Positions 27,201 through 40,230 of a stretch of 64,000 nucleotides of DNA are shown one piece after another. Within the stretch, counting starts at the first letter, position 1. Each line of letters opens with the position of its first letter. The notes beneath the pieces are model-generated. The model was not told where the DNA came from and searched no databases. It saw only the letters and a program-made list of their open reading frames with translations. The position numbers and the translations under genes were made by a program. Source of the DNA: Nymphaea colorata (Eukaryota); assembly GCF_008831285.2 (NCBI RefSeq), contig NC_045138.2, forward strand, positions 3,348,001 through 3,412,000, read 5' to 3'.

Positions 27201-29835
27201 TTACGTGGACAAGTAAGAAGCAAACTGTTGTAGCCACATCAAGTGCTGAATTTAAGTATAGAGCAATGGCCCAGCAGTTAAGATGATGTAGATTAAATCT
27301 GTATTAGTTGATCCAGAAGTCAAGGTTTCTTTACCTATAGAAATGAAGTTCGACAATAAGGCTGCCACATATATTGCAAATAATTTTGTATTCCATGAGA
27401 GGACAAAGCGTATAGAAGATGACTATCACTATGTTTGTGATTTAGTCCAATTGGGAAATGTACTTACGACTCATCTGGCTTCAAAAGATCCAGTAGCTGA
27501 TACATTTACCAAGCCTACCTCTAGCTCTAGCTCTATTTTTGAGAAATGTTGTAACAAACTGCACATAATAGATATCTATGCTCCAACTTAAAGGGCAGTG
27601 TTGAAAATAAATATGTTATTAACATGGGGTAATTGTGTGAAACTTTAATTAGTTGTCAGTCCTCTTTATTCTTTTCTTGAAATAAGTTGAACTTCTTTGT
27701 AATTTCGACTAATCTCTATTTAAGAAGAGATTAGGTCTAACAAATGTGATTTTGGTTTCTTCCTCCAAAGCTCTCAACAAAAATGAAACAAGTTCTTATC
27801 GCTGTTTTTATCAATAACAAAGCTTTGTGCCTGAGGCACACACCTAAGACATGAAGCATGAAGTGGCATGAGGAATGCACATCACATGGGTGACACGCAC
27901 ATCTCAGGTTAGGTGCGCTTCGCCCAGCCCTTTGAAGCGTTCTCTTGGGTGAGGCAGTGTGAGGCACAGGATTCATGCCCCAAAGCATACGCCTCTGATA
28001 ACACTAACACCAAGAATGCCCTTTGCCTGGACCTAACAAAAGGTCATCTTTTTTACATAATGATTGCACAGGAATGTGGTTAGGAAACACTAACTTCTTT
28101 TTGCTTTTATAAATTCAACCTAACAATTGTGAATTACACGGTTTGTGCAATGGATACCATATTTTGAGTTTCTGGAGTCTTCCTATGTCTTTTTATTTTT
28201 GTGGTCCAAAATATAATCACCAAAATGAAAGCGAAAAAATAGAGTTGGCCAAAAAGATATAATTTTTTGGGTCCTAAAACATAAACGAGGGGTTGATTGC
28301 AAACTTTTCAGCATGAACATAGAGCAGAGGTGTTCCAATTTCATTTCAGGAAAAAGAGGGAAGTTGGTCGATCTAAAGCTTTTGGCAATGCTCAATACAT
28401 ATACACTGTTAGATTGGGCCAAAGCAACTTGACCTGCATAAAATAGTATCATAGCTTGTAAACGTGTGTATAGATAGGTAGATAAAAAAGAACTTGTCAG
28501 GACTTAATACTAACTAACCTACTCTTTTGTTCACAAGTTTCATACTCCACACCCCAAAAAGATTTCAATGCTCGACCAGAAATTCCCTCTGCCCCCTTCT
28601 GCACTCCAGCTTGGTAACTTCCAGAGTTTTTTTCCTTTTTCCACTGCTCTCCATTGTAAAACATTTTTTATTAATTAGAACAAGTACAGCTAGCTATTCT
28701 ATTATTTGTATATTCGTGGAGAAAGGAGACAGAAAGATAAAGACAGAAGTATTAATAATGTTACATCAGTATTTGGGAACTGTCATGTTATACCTTCCAT
28801 ACCTGCACTGGCACCTGCACCCCGCACCCATACCCACAACTATGCGACTTATTTTAGTATATGTGTGTGTTCATGTGAAAGCGAGAGAGAACCAAAATAA
28901 AATGAAAACATTTCAAAATTAGAAATTTGGAGAGCATAGAGAACATACACTGCATGCTGTTCTTATAACAGCAAACTCAGCCTTTGTGACAGGAACAGAA
29001 AAGCGATCATTGATCTTCTGAATATTATCAATCACGCCTATGAAAGAACGGATACAGTTATAAAGAAATCAAACCAAGCAAGAAAATCAGATGTACATAT
29101 AAACATACATTTGTACACAAAAAATTTTCACAAAATTTTTTCAAGCCAAAAGATTAAATTTAAAATATGGCAAAACTTGCCTTCAGCTACTATGTCATAT
29201 ATGTACTATGTAGGTACAGGTTATAACAAAGGCATGAGCATGTAACATGGTAATTCAGAGTTACATTTGCACAGATGGTACCGCTATATGGATATTTTAC
29301 ACATAGACAACATAGAAATATATCTTATACTTTGCAAAAAAGTTAAAGTCAGACATATTTCTTCTGACAGATTACAACTAACTATGTATACATATATATG
29401 TATGTATGTATGTATGCATGTATAATATATATATATATGAGAGAGAGGAATTTTTATATCCTAGATAACTTAGGTCAGGACAAGAACCACACCACTTAAA
29501 ATAGACTAGCAATGTTTCATTTGAGTGATCTAACCTTATAGCTATTATCTTCCAAGTGATTTGATAGGAAACACATACTGACTCAATCATTCAGGTTTTA
29601 AATGTGCAATTTTAATCATCAAAAATAAAAGCTCCTAAACCACTAGAATTTTAGTAGTGAAAAATCACTATTTTTCATGATAACTTGAATTGAGACATTT
29701 CTTAAATTAAATTAGTAATAATAAGCATGTTCACACGTCGATCTTTTGTTGAAAACACTTTTTAGCGTGACTTTAGGTAGTCTGCTTGTTGTCCCTGACC
29801 TAAATGGTCGGGATATACATGTTCCTCCCTCTATC

Positions 29836-29889
<54 letters not shown>

Positions 29890-32800
29890 TGCTTCGGGAA
29901 GCAATTTTGTTAAAGGCACATGCATGAAGGTGTGGTGTGTGCACCTCATAGCGCATCACAAAGGATAACACATCGAACAGCAATAATTGTGCCTCACCCA
30001 GAGAGGTGCACGCATCAGGGCAATGCATGACTGGTGCCTAAAGCATTATTTTTTCATTTTCAAAAAGCAGGTTACATATTCTTTTTGTTTTTAACATTTT
30101 CTTTTTCAACAGGTTAGAAAAAAGGGGTTTCAATTCTTTCGAACCCCTTTGGCCTCTCCTCTCTAGCATCTACTCTCTGTTCTAACAACCATGCTGGCAC
30201 ATCCTCTCCATTATCCAGCAAAAGTCAGTGAGCCTCTCCCGGATAACCGCCGATCAATGCCAGCTGGCAATGTGACAATGTCAAACCAGCCAGCAATCCT
30301 AGACTGTGCACTATTGCAGATGAGAGTTGGCTACCATTGTCTCAGATTTTCCTCTCCCTATCTGCTGCAAGTTTGCAACAATGGCCACCAGCTGGCTGCA
30401 GTCTCTCTCACCTTTTTTTTTCTTTGGGTCAAAAGCTTTTCATTAGTTTATTTTTCTTGGAAATTTGATCTGTAACGTTACTTTTCTGTTAGTTTATAGG
30501 AATGTAGCATATGTCACATAGGTGGAGGTGCCCGTACAGAGAATTTTCAAAACTTAGGTATGGGGATACCAGTCCACCATGTATATCTATGTATATATAT
30601 TACATAAGAATTTAAAGTTTAATAGACTCATAAGAGTAATTGGTATTACAGTCTAATAGTTTGTGATACCAATTGTTGTCATGCTGCATTCATTAAGTAA
30701 AAACTATATTGATACACTAAAAACACACAGCAGTAATAGCACGATATGCAATATACAGCATGGTACTAGCATATAAATTCAGAAGTAAAGCAACACAAAC
30801 ACTAGCAATATCTAGCATGCACAATATCCACGGTAAACAAAACAAAATCCCAATTTTAGGATGGAACAGTGCTCAATCTACTTTGACCGAGTCTGAAAAT
30901 GGATGGGTGCAGTCATGGGTGCATGCCGTACCCGATATGTTTTTGATCGCTGTCCTACCCATGTCATAGCGATCCAAAACCCGTACTGGCGTCGTACCCG
31001 TTGGATCCAGGTACTGTGCCATTTTAGCAGTACCCATGTGGCACAGAATATAGCAGGTCTATTGATTGTGTTAGTTTATGGAAATCAGATAATAACATAG
31101 GGAAGGAAATCAATTTTGTCATATTGCTCAAGAGAAATGAAAAAGGACGAGTAGGTCAGCATCTTTAAACATGCAACAAACTATAAGTTAGAGTTTCCAC
31201 CTAGGTAGTTCCTGCACTATAGCTTATTGATAGATATAACAATTTGTACCTTATAGCAGTTGGAAACCCAACTCTTATCTTTTACTTCATGTTTCTAAAT
31301 TGAATTTTGAGGCTAATTTGTTCCTAGAAATTGTTTTCCTTTAATAAACATGACATAATTATCTTCAAAACAAAGAAGAATCAATGGCCCTAAGTAAATC
31401 TTTAATAATTTAAATCAGTTCTGCTGACAACACAACTATGTTAAGTTGCACTCGAAGCATAAAAGATGCATTTTGTCAAGTGCAAATGTCAGAAATGAAT
31501 ATGCCATGAAGAAATAGGTAGAGACAGACTATTATATACACTGTTTTACATTATTTTGGTAAATATTATATACTTCAAAATTTGGTTGGGATGCTTACGC
31601 ATCATTTCACTTCACTATGCATCGCCTTGCTTCATAGGCTCAACACATTGCTTTGCCTCATTGCATTTAACAGTATTGTCAGGAAGTGTAATATAGTATG
31701 GAGTACAATGTATACCTCAAGCAACTCAATACTAAGAATCAGGTTAGAACAGAAATGCTTCTCACTTGCCATAATCAATGCAAAATATAACATATAAAAT
31801 GCATTTTAAGCAAAAGATTTAAATAAAAGAAGATTATGGAATATCAATATAGATATTAAGCAAGCCCAAATTCTTCCAAAGCTGAAGGAGATAAAACCAA
31901 GACAAGTTGATAAATAATGCTTCCTCGATAAAACTGCCAGAGGAAGCTAAAGAACATTAAGTGATGGAACAAAGTGCTTGATAAATAATGCCAATTTTTC
32001 TAAAAGATCTCATATTCTTATACAAGACATTGAGATATCTGAGCACTTTTTGTACCAAAGAAATGAATCTCTATGTGGCATCGCTAACTGCATTAACAGC
32101 TGCACACATGTCTTATCATAACCAGCTTCTGAGTACTACAGCATACATGTCAAGAAAGTTGAGTTCCAAAGCCTTCATGTGTTCTAAGTAGTAGTGGTTG
32201 CTTGATGACAGATAGTCATCTTCAAATACCAAATAAACAAGCTAATTTTGAAAGCAGAGTAAGAAGAGACAGCAGGCATGGACATGAAACATACTCAAGT
32301 GAAATATGCGATTGTCGTCAGTGAGTGGTTGAACTGCAAACCGCTTTACAGCTTGGCTTGACATACTAGTCAGTTACAAAGGAAGTTAGTCCCATTAACA
32401 ATTTTAATAAGAAAAACTTAGACCAGACAGGCACTAATGCTGGATCGGAAAATGGCCAGCCTTATCATAATTATATACAAAACCAATTTCTTGAAAAGAT
32501 GGATAATATAAAAAGATAATCACACTAAATCTCTCAAGACCTTTCAATTTTTGATATATCATGGCAAATTTCGCATGATTCCCCAGAACCCAAGCTTATC
32601 AGCGAGCCAACCTCTGTAGGTGATAAGGAGATTGCCTACAAAACCAAAGGCATAATGATCACACGTTCCAACAGCCATAAAGCAAACAAACCTAAGTTGC
32701 AATTAGAGAAAACAACAAGATAACTAAAAAAAAATGAAACTCAAAAATTATTTAGATTTTCAAGACACCATACTAAAGAGTACTCGTGATTGACCAAGCA

Positions 32801-34438
32801 CTTTATAAAAAAGGGGGAAAAAACTTTAACAGCTATAGTGGCAATAAGGCAGCTGATTGTTTCTGGAAATAAACCAAATTAGCTATCTATATATCTAGCT
32901 GAACAACAACCAAAACATAGAGAAAGTGAAGTAACCAAGAAGATTACCTGCCTTCTCTGCCAGTCATATTTCTTTGTGCCAATGGCAGGCCAGAAAATCA
33001 GCAGCACGGCACCTGGCTTCTTAACATAGATACCATTCTGCAAATATGAGAGAGAGAGAGAGAGAGATTAATCACTGGATAATGATCAATAACAATTGAA
33101 ATCATAAACCCAGGAGTACCATACATCTGCTTGACCAAACTTGGGGCTGATGGGGGAGAGGGAAAGTGCAGCTTTCCCCTTAAAAATAGTGTGAGTAGGA
33201 TAAAACTTGTCTGCAGAAGTATTTTCAATATTAGACTGCGGAGATTAAGTACATATACAAGCCAGAATAATGGATAAATAAACTATGCAAAAGTGCATCA
33301 CCATTGAACACATAAAAATACAGCATATGCATACCAGAAAGAAAGAGAAAAAATTATCCAGGTATTTACTTGAACGATCATCCCTTCCGATGACTGCACT
33401 ACCAGAGGAAAAACCAACAGATGATGAAAACTCGTGCACAAATGAGAAATCCTTTACTGCTTTCGCTGTAACCATCCTCCCAGCCAACGCATTCCTGTGA
33501 AAGAGCAATATATCTCTTCAATTTTCAAATAACTGAACTCTAACATAAGCTCCAGGCCCTTGCCCAAGAACTTTTACAAGCTTCCACTGCATAAAACACA
33601 TCAACTAAATCATAGTCACCAACCTAGTGTCAATTGGACTTCTCACGATTATCAACAGAACATGTGTGAGTTTGTGCCTCCATTAGTAATAATCAAAAAA
33701 ATAATCTACCAACTCTTACTTTAGGTTCACATTCAAGCAAAAGTTTCCATGCTCACTCTATAACAGTTACAGCCTGCAATGACGAGGCATGCTACAAAAA
33801 CCTGGCGAAGGCTACAGATTACGCACCAAAAGGGAACTTCCCTAAGCCAAGGGACTGGCAATATCAATGGAGATCTCCGTGTCACTTAAGAACCCGAACA
33901 GGAGTCGACCACCGTCGACAAAAAAGTGGCCGCAACAGCCAGCAAGGCCTTAATAGGGAAAACATAGGCTGCACACTGGAACATCGGTACGCAGACCGTT
34001 ACTGGACCATTACCTCTGCTGCCAATGGCATGATAAACAAATTTCTTTACTGTCCAACATTCACGGACAGAGACCTTTCGCATATTAGCTGAAAAGCATC
34101 CTAAACCCCAAAAATCGTTTTTCTTTTCCTTCTCCACGATACACCATTTCTTCGTGAAGAAAAACAGGATCACGCTTTCCCACTTAATAACAGGTTATAT
34201 TAGTCAAAAATATGTACCATGAACGGCGAAGAACTGAGTTAAAAATCAAAAGCGCGCCGTACGCAGTGGTGGAAATTGTAAGGGAAAACAGTGCAAAGGG
34301 AAAAGAGAAAAAAGGTGCTGCCATTTTCTCTGGAACAACAAACTCTAAAAAAGAAGCAGATGAAATGAAACAAAACACAGCAACAATGTCAGTCGAGAAG
34401 GATTGCCTCTGGGAGCGAAAACGAGAGAGATGCATCAT
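22222..34438 (-). CDS. WHY2: Whirly single-stranded DNA-binding protein, WHY2 (mitochondrial)-type
   Basis: Minus-strand exons 34438-34407 (or to 34218), 33494-33370, 33210-33125, 33037-32948, 32635-32541, 32365-32295, 29037-28949 and 22365-22222, all phases consistent. Translation contains IFKGKAALS, PAIGTKKYDWQRRQ, LSPTEVGSLISLG, VPVTKAEFAV, YVLPHMIGW and C-terminal DLEWER*. The SPTEVGSL motif and MM..SR start fit WHY2. Confidence 0.92.
22620..23100. mobile_element. Microsatellite-flanked MITE-like element with an internal duplication of about 160-170 bp
   Basis: Bounded by (TA)n and (TC)n/(CA)n. Blocks at about 22641-22750 and 22805-22945 are similar (TTTTGCCCATC..., GCAACAACTC.GATGA, CAGTATGT...ATGGAAAAA). 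Shares CGTCCGATT and ATCAGATGG with 39920-40150. Confidence 0.5.
24715..25470. mobile_element. hAT-like non-autonomous element with GATAC/GTATC subterminal repeats
   Basis: Many GATAC(G) motifs at both ends and a right terminus TAGTGACAACATTG. A related right end occurs near 55930-55990. The left boundary is approximate. Confidence 0.55.
25487..28006. mobile_element. hAT-like element enclosing a copia fragment
   Basis: Imperfect TIRs CAATGTTGTTA / TGATAACACTA; 8-bp TSD ACAACAAG (25479-25486) / ACACCAAG (28007-28014); GAGG(C/T)G and AAGGCA-type subterminal motifs at both ends. Confidence 0.65.
25570..27742 (+). mobile_element. Degenerate Ty1/copia retrotransposon remnant (integrase, RT, RNase H, PPT, 3' LTR)
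   Basis: Integrase-type QQNGVAE and KCIFLG.P...KGYKCYDP; RT VVHIDDIIL and KDLGPLRYFLGIE; RNase H DNKAATYIANN.VFHERTK...IDIYAPT*. Purine tract AAAGGGCAG is followed by TGTTG (27599) ... CTAACA (27742). Multiple stops and frameshifts. Confidence 0.92.
30509..31046. mobile_element. hAT-type MITE in WHY2 intron 6
   Basis: TIRs ATATGTCACATAGGT / ACCCATGTGGCACAG; TSD AATGTAGC / AATATAGC (7/8); GTACC/GTACCC subterminal motifs. Confidence 0.7.
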
Positions 34439-37400
34439 CCTCTTCAGGTGTTTGAGGGGTGACGGGTCCGAACAGAGTGGTGGACAGCACAGAGGGCTAA
34501 GTGTCCGGTTCTGGTCAGGGGGAAAGCGCGCGAAATGACCGAATTTATAGAAAGGTTGGGGAGAGGGCCTGAATCTGTCGGACTCTTCTGCTCGGGTTAG
34601 TCCCCCGTTACGGGTCGCGTCGGGCTGGAGCCCGTCAGGCTTGATCGGGCCCGGGCTATGAAATGGCTGCAGGTCGGTTCGAACCCGTGAATAAATCGGG
34701 TCACGTTTGGGCCCATGCTCGGGTTCAAAATTTTGATTCTTTTATTATATTTATATGTATTTTTCTTTATAAATCTATATATAATATATTTTTGAGTAAT
34801 CGGGCGTGGGGCTTGGGCCTGGGCCTAGGCCGGCCATGCCCCGTGGTGTTTAAGTCAAGTAAATAGTACACTAAACCGTGACAATGATCCAAATTTTGAT
34901 TTTTTTTTTTTAGTGAGTTGCCTTGGTCTTTAAAGCTTAAACCACTTTAAATACCTTTCAATCAAATATCAATCACGTTGAAGACTTGATGGATGAAATT
35001 CAAAATGTGTATGATAGGATCGTGCGGATTTTGTTGATTGTTTTCGGCTTTGACCTCAAATGGTAGGGTCTCTAATTTCATGTGTTTGTGTGGAACCTTC
35101 TCCTCGACTATTTTCCTTTTTGTTGTTGAGAAGGTCTACAATAATGAAGAAGATTGTTGCCATCATTCAAATAAGACATAAAAAAATCGCTTTAAAAACT
35201 AGCATAACTGGTCAGGCTGGTGACAGTGAGTGATCTTGGGCATTTTTATCGCTACATATAGCATAGCTGGTCAGGCTGGTTAGGGTGTTTACGGTGAAAC
35301 ACACACCTCATACCCTAAAAACTACCCCATGTGATAAGTATTTTTTATCTTTCCAAACAAATGTTTTTCTCTTTTTTGTAAAAAGAAGTTTAGTTAACAC
35401 AATTGCCCTTAGTTTAAGTGGAAATTACACTTTTTATTCTTCCTTTGTGCCGCAATATATATATAAATCTTTAATTGTTATATCATCATTTACCAAACTT
35501 AACGAGAATAATCTATTTGTTGTAATGAGATTGATATAGATGAAGTAAAAAAAATACAAAAGCCAATATATTTTTCAGTGCCCTTCAAATGAGACAAGGG
35601 GTATGGATTAAGAAAACCCTTTATGGCTCACACAATTCTCTTTCAGCATGGCATATGAAGGTCTAGTAGTTATGAGTTGTTAGCACATCGTATATTTTAA
35701 AATTTGTTGCATATGTACTCAAATCCATCGCCGATGAGAGTGTGTGTAGCATGCAATGGGACAAGAGAGTAGTTATATCAATGTCTACAATAAAATTGCA
35801 TGTTTATTCTGAATTTGAGGATTATTCTTATGGAAAAAACCCACACATGATGAGTAAATGATCCAATATTTTTATCGTCATTTTGTATGTGTTTTTTGCA
35901 GATGTCCGATGCATAATTAATCATAGATGTTGAACTACGGTTTTGTTTCATTTATCTTCAAATTTTAAACAAACCCTCGTTAAAACTAATCAATCGTGAC
36001 CTATATCCACTATTCTTTTATAAGAATCAGTGTAACAATTCAACCAATTCCTTGGAGCAAGTTGGGTTTTCTGTATGCCAGATCTCAACTCACCTTCTAG
36101 CAATTAGGATTTTAATCATAGAAAAAAAAACAATAATTATGGCAACAAAATCATTAGAAATCTATTTGATATGTTTGTCGATGTTCTTCGCAATTTTTAG
36201 ATACGAGACTAAACTTCTCAAACAAGCAGAACATGAGTTGTTACAATCTGCTTACCTATGGAATAAATGTAAAACAAAAAAAAATCTATAGAAAAAATAC
36301 AAAAATTCACAAATTTGAATATCAGGCCTAAGATCCTTTATTTACTTAATAAATTACAGGTTTCCGTGTGAATCTGGTGTTTCACATCAAATATGTAAAG
36401 CTATAATCAAAGGTTAACTAAATCAAGTAATTAGTTGAACGATATAACCAACTCAAGCAATATAACGCGGTGAAATATATCAATTAAAAAATCAACCCCC
36501 AGCAATGAAATGATAAAAAACCTTAAAAATTCAATTTGCAATAAGTGACACACATTTGTTTTCGTTATTATGAGCACATCAAATGTTGAGCAACTAGTTG
36601 TTTGTTATGTCATTTCACCTACAACGATGACGAAAAGACAAAAGATGCACGTCGCCCTCAGTCATATGTCCATTTTAAGGAGTCGAGTGGAAAAGAAATC
36701 GCATTATTGGGATTAGATGGTGTGCAAAACACATGTTCCATAACTACTTCTTTAAAAATACGGAGACATTATATTTATCAACTTAGTTCCTCTATTTGAA
36801 AAAACATATAAAAACGCCCAATGTTGTAGCAAATAATAAACCGTCGTTTTCTATTTTTTAAAGCTAGCAAATGGGTGATTTTTTTTTTTTTAACAGCCAG
36901 CTGAAAAATATATTAATTTTTGATTTAAAATAACAAAATACTCGTACCAAATAAAAAATGTACATTTTCATAATTAGTCAATGGAGGAATAGTAGTTCAC
37001 ATCAGGTATTCTTTATTTTGCACCATACACTATTTTTTGTTAGGTAGACCTAAAATAAGCATTTATTTGTTGGGTTTTAAAAGTTGAACAGTGATATACT
37101 ATTTGTTCAAACATTAAGTGCCATTTTTTAATTTAAGAATAATTTTGTTTAGTATTTTTTTAGCATGCAAGCTGATAATGGGGTTATAACTTTACTCTAA
37201 GCAATAAAGGTTTACCAAGACAATGGAACCAACCATGGGCGTCGATAGGTGCTCTCCATGGGGTGAGCTCATGTTATGAAAACTTAAATTATTGGTCGAA
37301 CTTGGGTGGATATTGGTTCAGTTATATAAGACAGTCTCACTGCTCCATAACTAATTGAAAATTTGTTAACTATATGTTTAGTGTTTTATAAAAAAAATCA

Positions 37401-38209
37401 AATCTAACTCCTTCTTAAGTAAAACATTTTTCATGGACTTTTTTTGAACATTAAAGTGAATGCACCTTTTTTTTATTTATTTACTGTTGTTGAACTATTG
37501 TTAGAAACATATGGTGTTCAAGTTCAATGAACAAGCAAACATGATACTAAATACCCAGACCAAAAGTTATAGGAAATCAAACAAATGAGAGTATAGAGAA
37601 GGTGGAAGCAAAAAATTTACCAAAAAAGTACCTATACTATATACCCAACAGTCTCATACCTGGGCATTTAGTTACAATTATTCAAATGTTACTCAAATGG
37701 CATCCATTGGCTATAATATGAAAGTTTGTTACTGCATTAAACATAAATATATATATATATATATATACTATTCGTTATTATGAAATTTCAATTTATGCTG
37801 CCAATCGATTTGCCTACAAAGGGGCCGTCCAAATGCGTATCAACTTAAAATATCACATGTATTAGCATAGAATCCGCTCCACGAAAAAGTAGAAGTAAAA
37901 ATTACAAAACCTCGCTTAGAAGTAAAAGAGGAAACGGAAGGCGTAAAGTCGGCCCCACAAAAGTTAGAGGTTTCCGTCGATCTGCGGAGCCAACGGTCGC
38001 GATTCCAGTCCCCACGTCATCCCTTCTTTCTTCCCTCTCTACATAGCTCGCCCTTTATGCTCTCCCCCATAGTGCTTCCGTCACTGGGAAGTCTTCCCTC
38101 TCTCTCTCTCACTCTCTCTCTTGCAGATCTGATCTCCCTGGGATCGTTAGTAGCTTGATTATCTGATTGACAGAGTTAGAATCAGCAGAGAGGAAGAAGC
38201 GGGGAAGCG

Positions 38210-39455
38210 ATGGCGCCGCCTGCATCTGGAGAGGTGCAGCAACGGCAGCAGCCGCCTGGGAGGCAGCAGCAGCAACCACAAGGAATAGGTCAGACGATCA
38301 CGGGCGTCATAAGGATGGCCGTCTTCTGGTACTTCGCCATGAAGTTCTTCTCCCCGAAGAAGCCGCCTGCCGAGCCCTCCCAGCTTATGTCCAACCTTTT
38401 CTCCAGAGGCGAACCCCTGGTCCGTCCCTCCGCCAACAAAACCTCAAATTATTTAATTTTCATTCGGATTCCTACCGGCGGCTGATTGCGCATTCTTTAC
38501 GTCTTTTTTTTTTCTGCTTTGCTATTACTTTGCCTGTTATTTTGCCCCTTCAACTTCCCGACGTGGACGCCGTTCCCGCTGTTTTGCTGCATCTAGTAGT
38601 GGTTGGGGGCGCTTTTTGCTTGCGTCTATTTCTATTGACATCGCCAGTACGTGTTCCTAATCACGCCCTTTGTGGTCTGATTCTTTTGTGTGTTTGGGAG
38701 AAAAATTGTGAAGAGATTCTGTTGGATTTGGTATAGTTGGATGCAGCAGATGTATTAGTTGGTTGTTTTGTGAGGGAGCTGATTATTGCGACGAGTATCT
38801 TCACTGTGGGCTTAAGAAAGTTAAGAACTTGAAGATGGAGGTTTGGCACATAGTTTCGCGTGCCTTTTCGATTGATTGCATGCTTTGAATACATTCCCGT
38901 TACGAAGATGTGTGCGTGATTCAACACCTCTTTGGTTTTGGCTAATTTTTTTCAGAATTTTTTCTCTTTTTGACACGGACCTGCAAGCAGGATATCTGAG
39001 GGAAAGTATTTACTTATGGGGTTTATGTTGCAAGTACAGAAAAGGAGTACAACTCCTGCTACGTTTTCGGTGCATTGATTGCTTGAATGTGAGAAGCATT
39101 CCATTGGTTCAGGAACTTCAAGAAGTCAACAAGGCTGAATATCAATTCATTGTCCGCATTCCGGTAATTCAACCAGGATGCTATTAGTTGCAAAAACAAT
39201 TAAGTACATTATGAAGTGCATCCCTTTGTTAGTTGAGTATGACATTTGGACTCATGTTCCATATCCTCTTGTAGACAAGTCACACTGGAAACTTTTATAT
39301 GCGAAACGTCAGTTCCTGTATTTGCAGCCATGTCCGCTGCGACATAGTTGTCACCGTTGTAGTGGTCCAACAAAGATGTTATCAATTTTTTGTGAGTAAT
39401 ATCACTGGGATGCCATTTTTCTGCGTGTCCCCAAGGATCTGAATCAACATGCTTG

Positions 39456-39503
<48 letters not shown>

Positions 39504-39686
39504 TGTATGTATGTATGTATGTATAACTTTATTCTTTCATTAAAAGATGTCTCTTCAACACTAAAATCTGGAACACAAATTTCTATTGACTATCAAATTA
39601 TAAAGTTTATGTCTTAGTGCCAGACCTCCAAACCTCCAAATAGGGTTTTGAATTTGCAAGTTTAACCCATGTCACCAGTTATTCCA

Positions 39687-39726
<40 letters not shown>

Positions 39727-40155
39727 TGCATATATAATTTTATTATTTCATTAAAAGATGTCTCTTTAACACTAAAATCTGGAACACAAATTTCTATTGA
39801 CTAGCAAATTATAAAGTTCATGTCTTAGTGCCAGACGTCCAAATAAGTTTTTGAATTTGCAAGTCTAACCCATGTCACCGGTTATTCCACCTATGTGTGT
39901 ATATATATATAGAAAAATTGAACAGTGACTCTAGCTTTTTAGAGTCACCATGCCATCTAATAAGAGTCGTCCGATTTATTATGATGGATGGTTAAGGGAA
40001 AAACAAAGAAAAAAAAGTGATGGGTATTTTCATCATCTAATATTAGTTCCCACTTTTTTCTCAATGTTTTTCTCTCAATCATCCATCTACATCAGATGGA
40101 CGGCCCTGATTAGATGGTTAGGTAACTCTAGAGAGTCAGAGTCACTGTTCACTCA

Positions 40156-40230
<75 letters not shown>

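Noticed and set aside
34218..34324. MAAPFFS... start resembling plant AIM24-like proteins
   Set aside because: Similarity ends after about 10 residues, and the downstream exons are clearly Whirly.
38167..38736. 189-aa ORF overlapping the CLPTM1 start
   Set aside because: Alternative frame of GC-rich exon 1 running into intron 1, with a TTG start.
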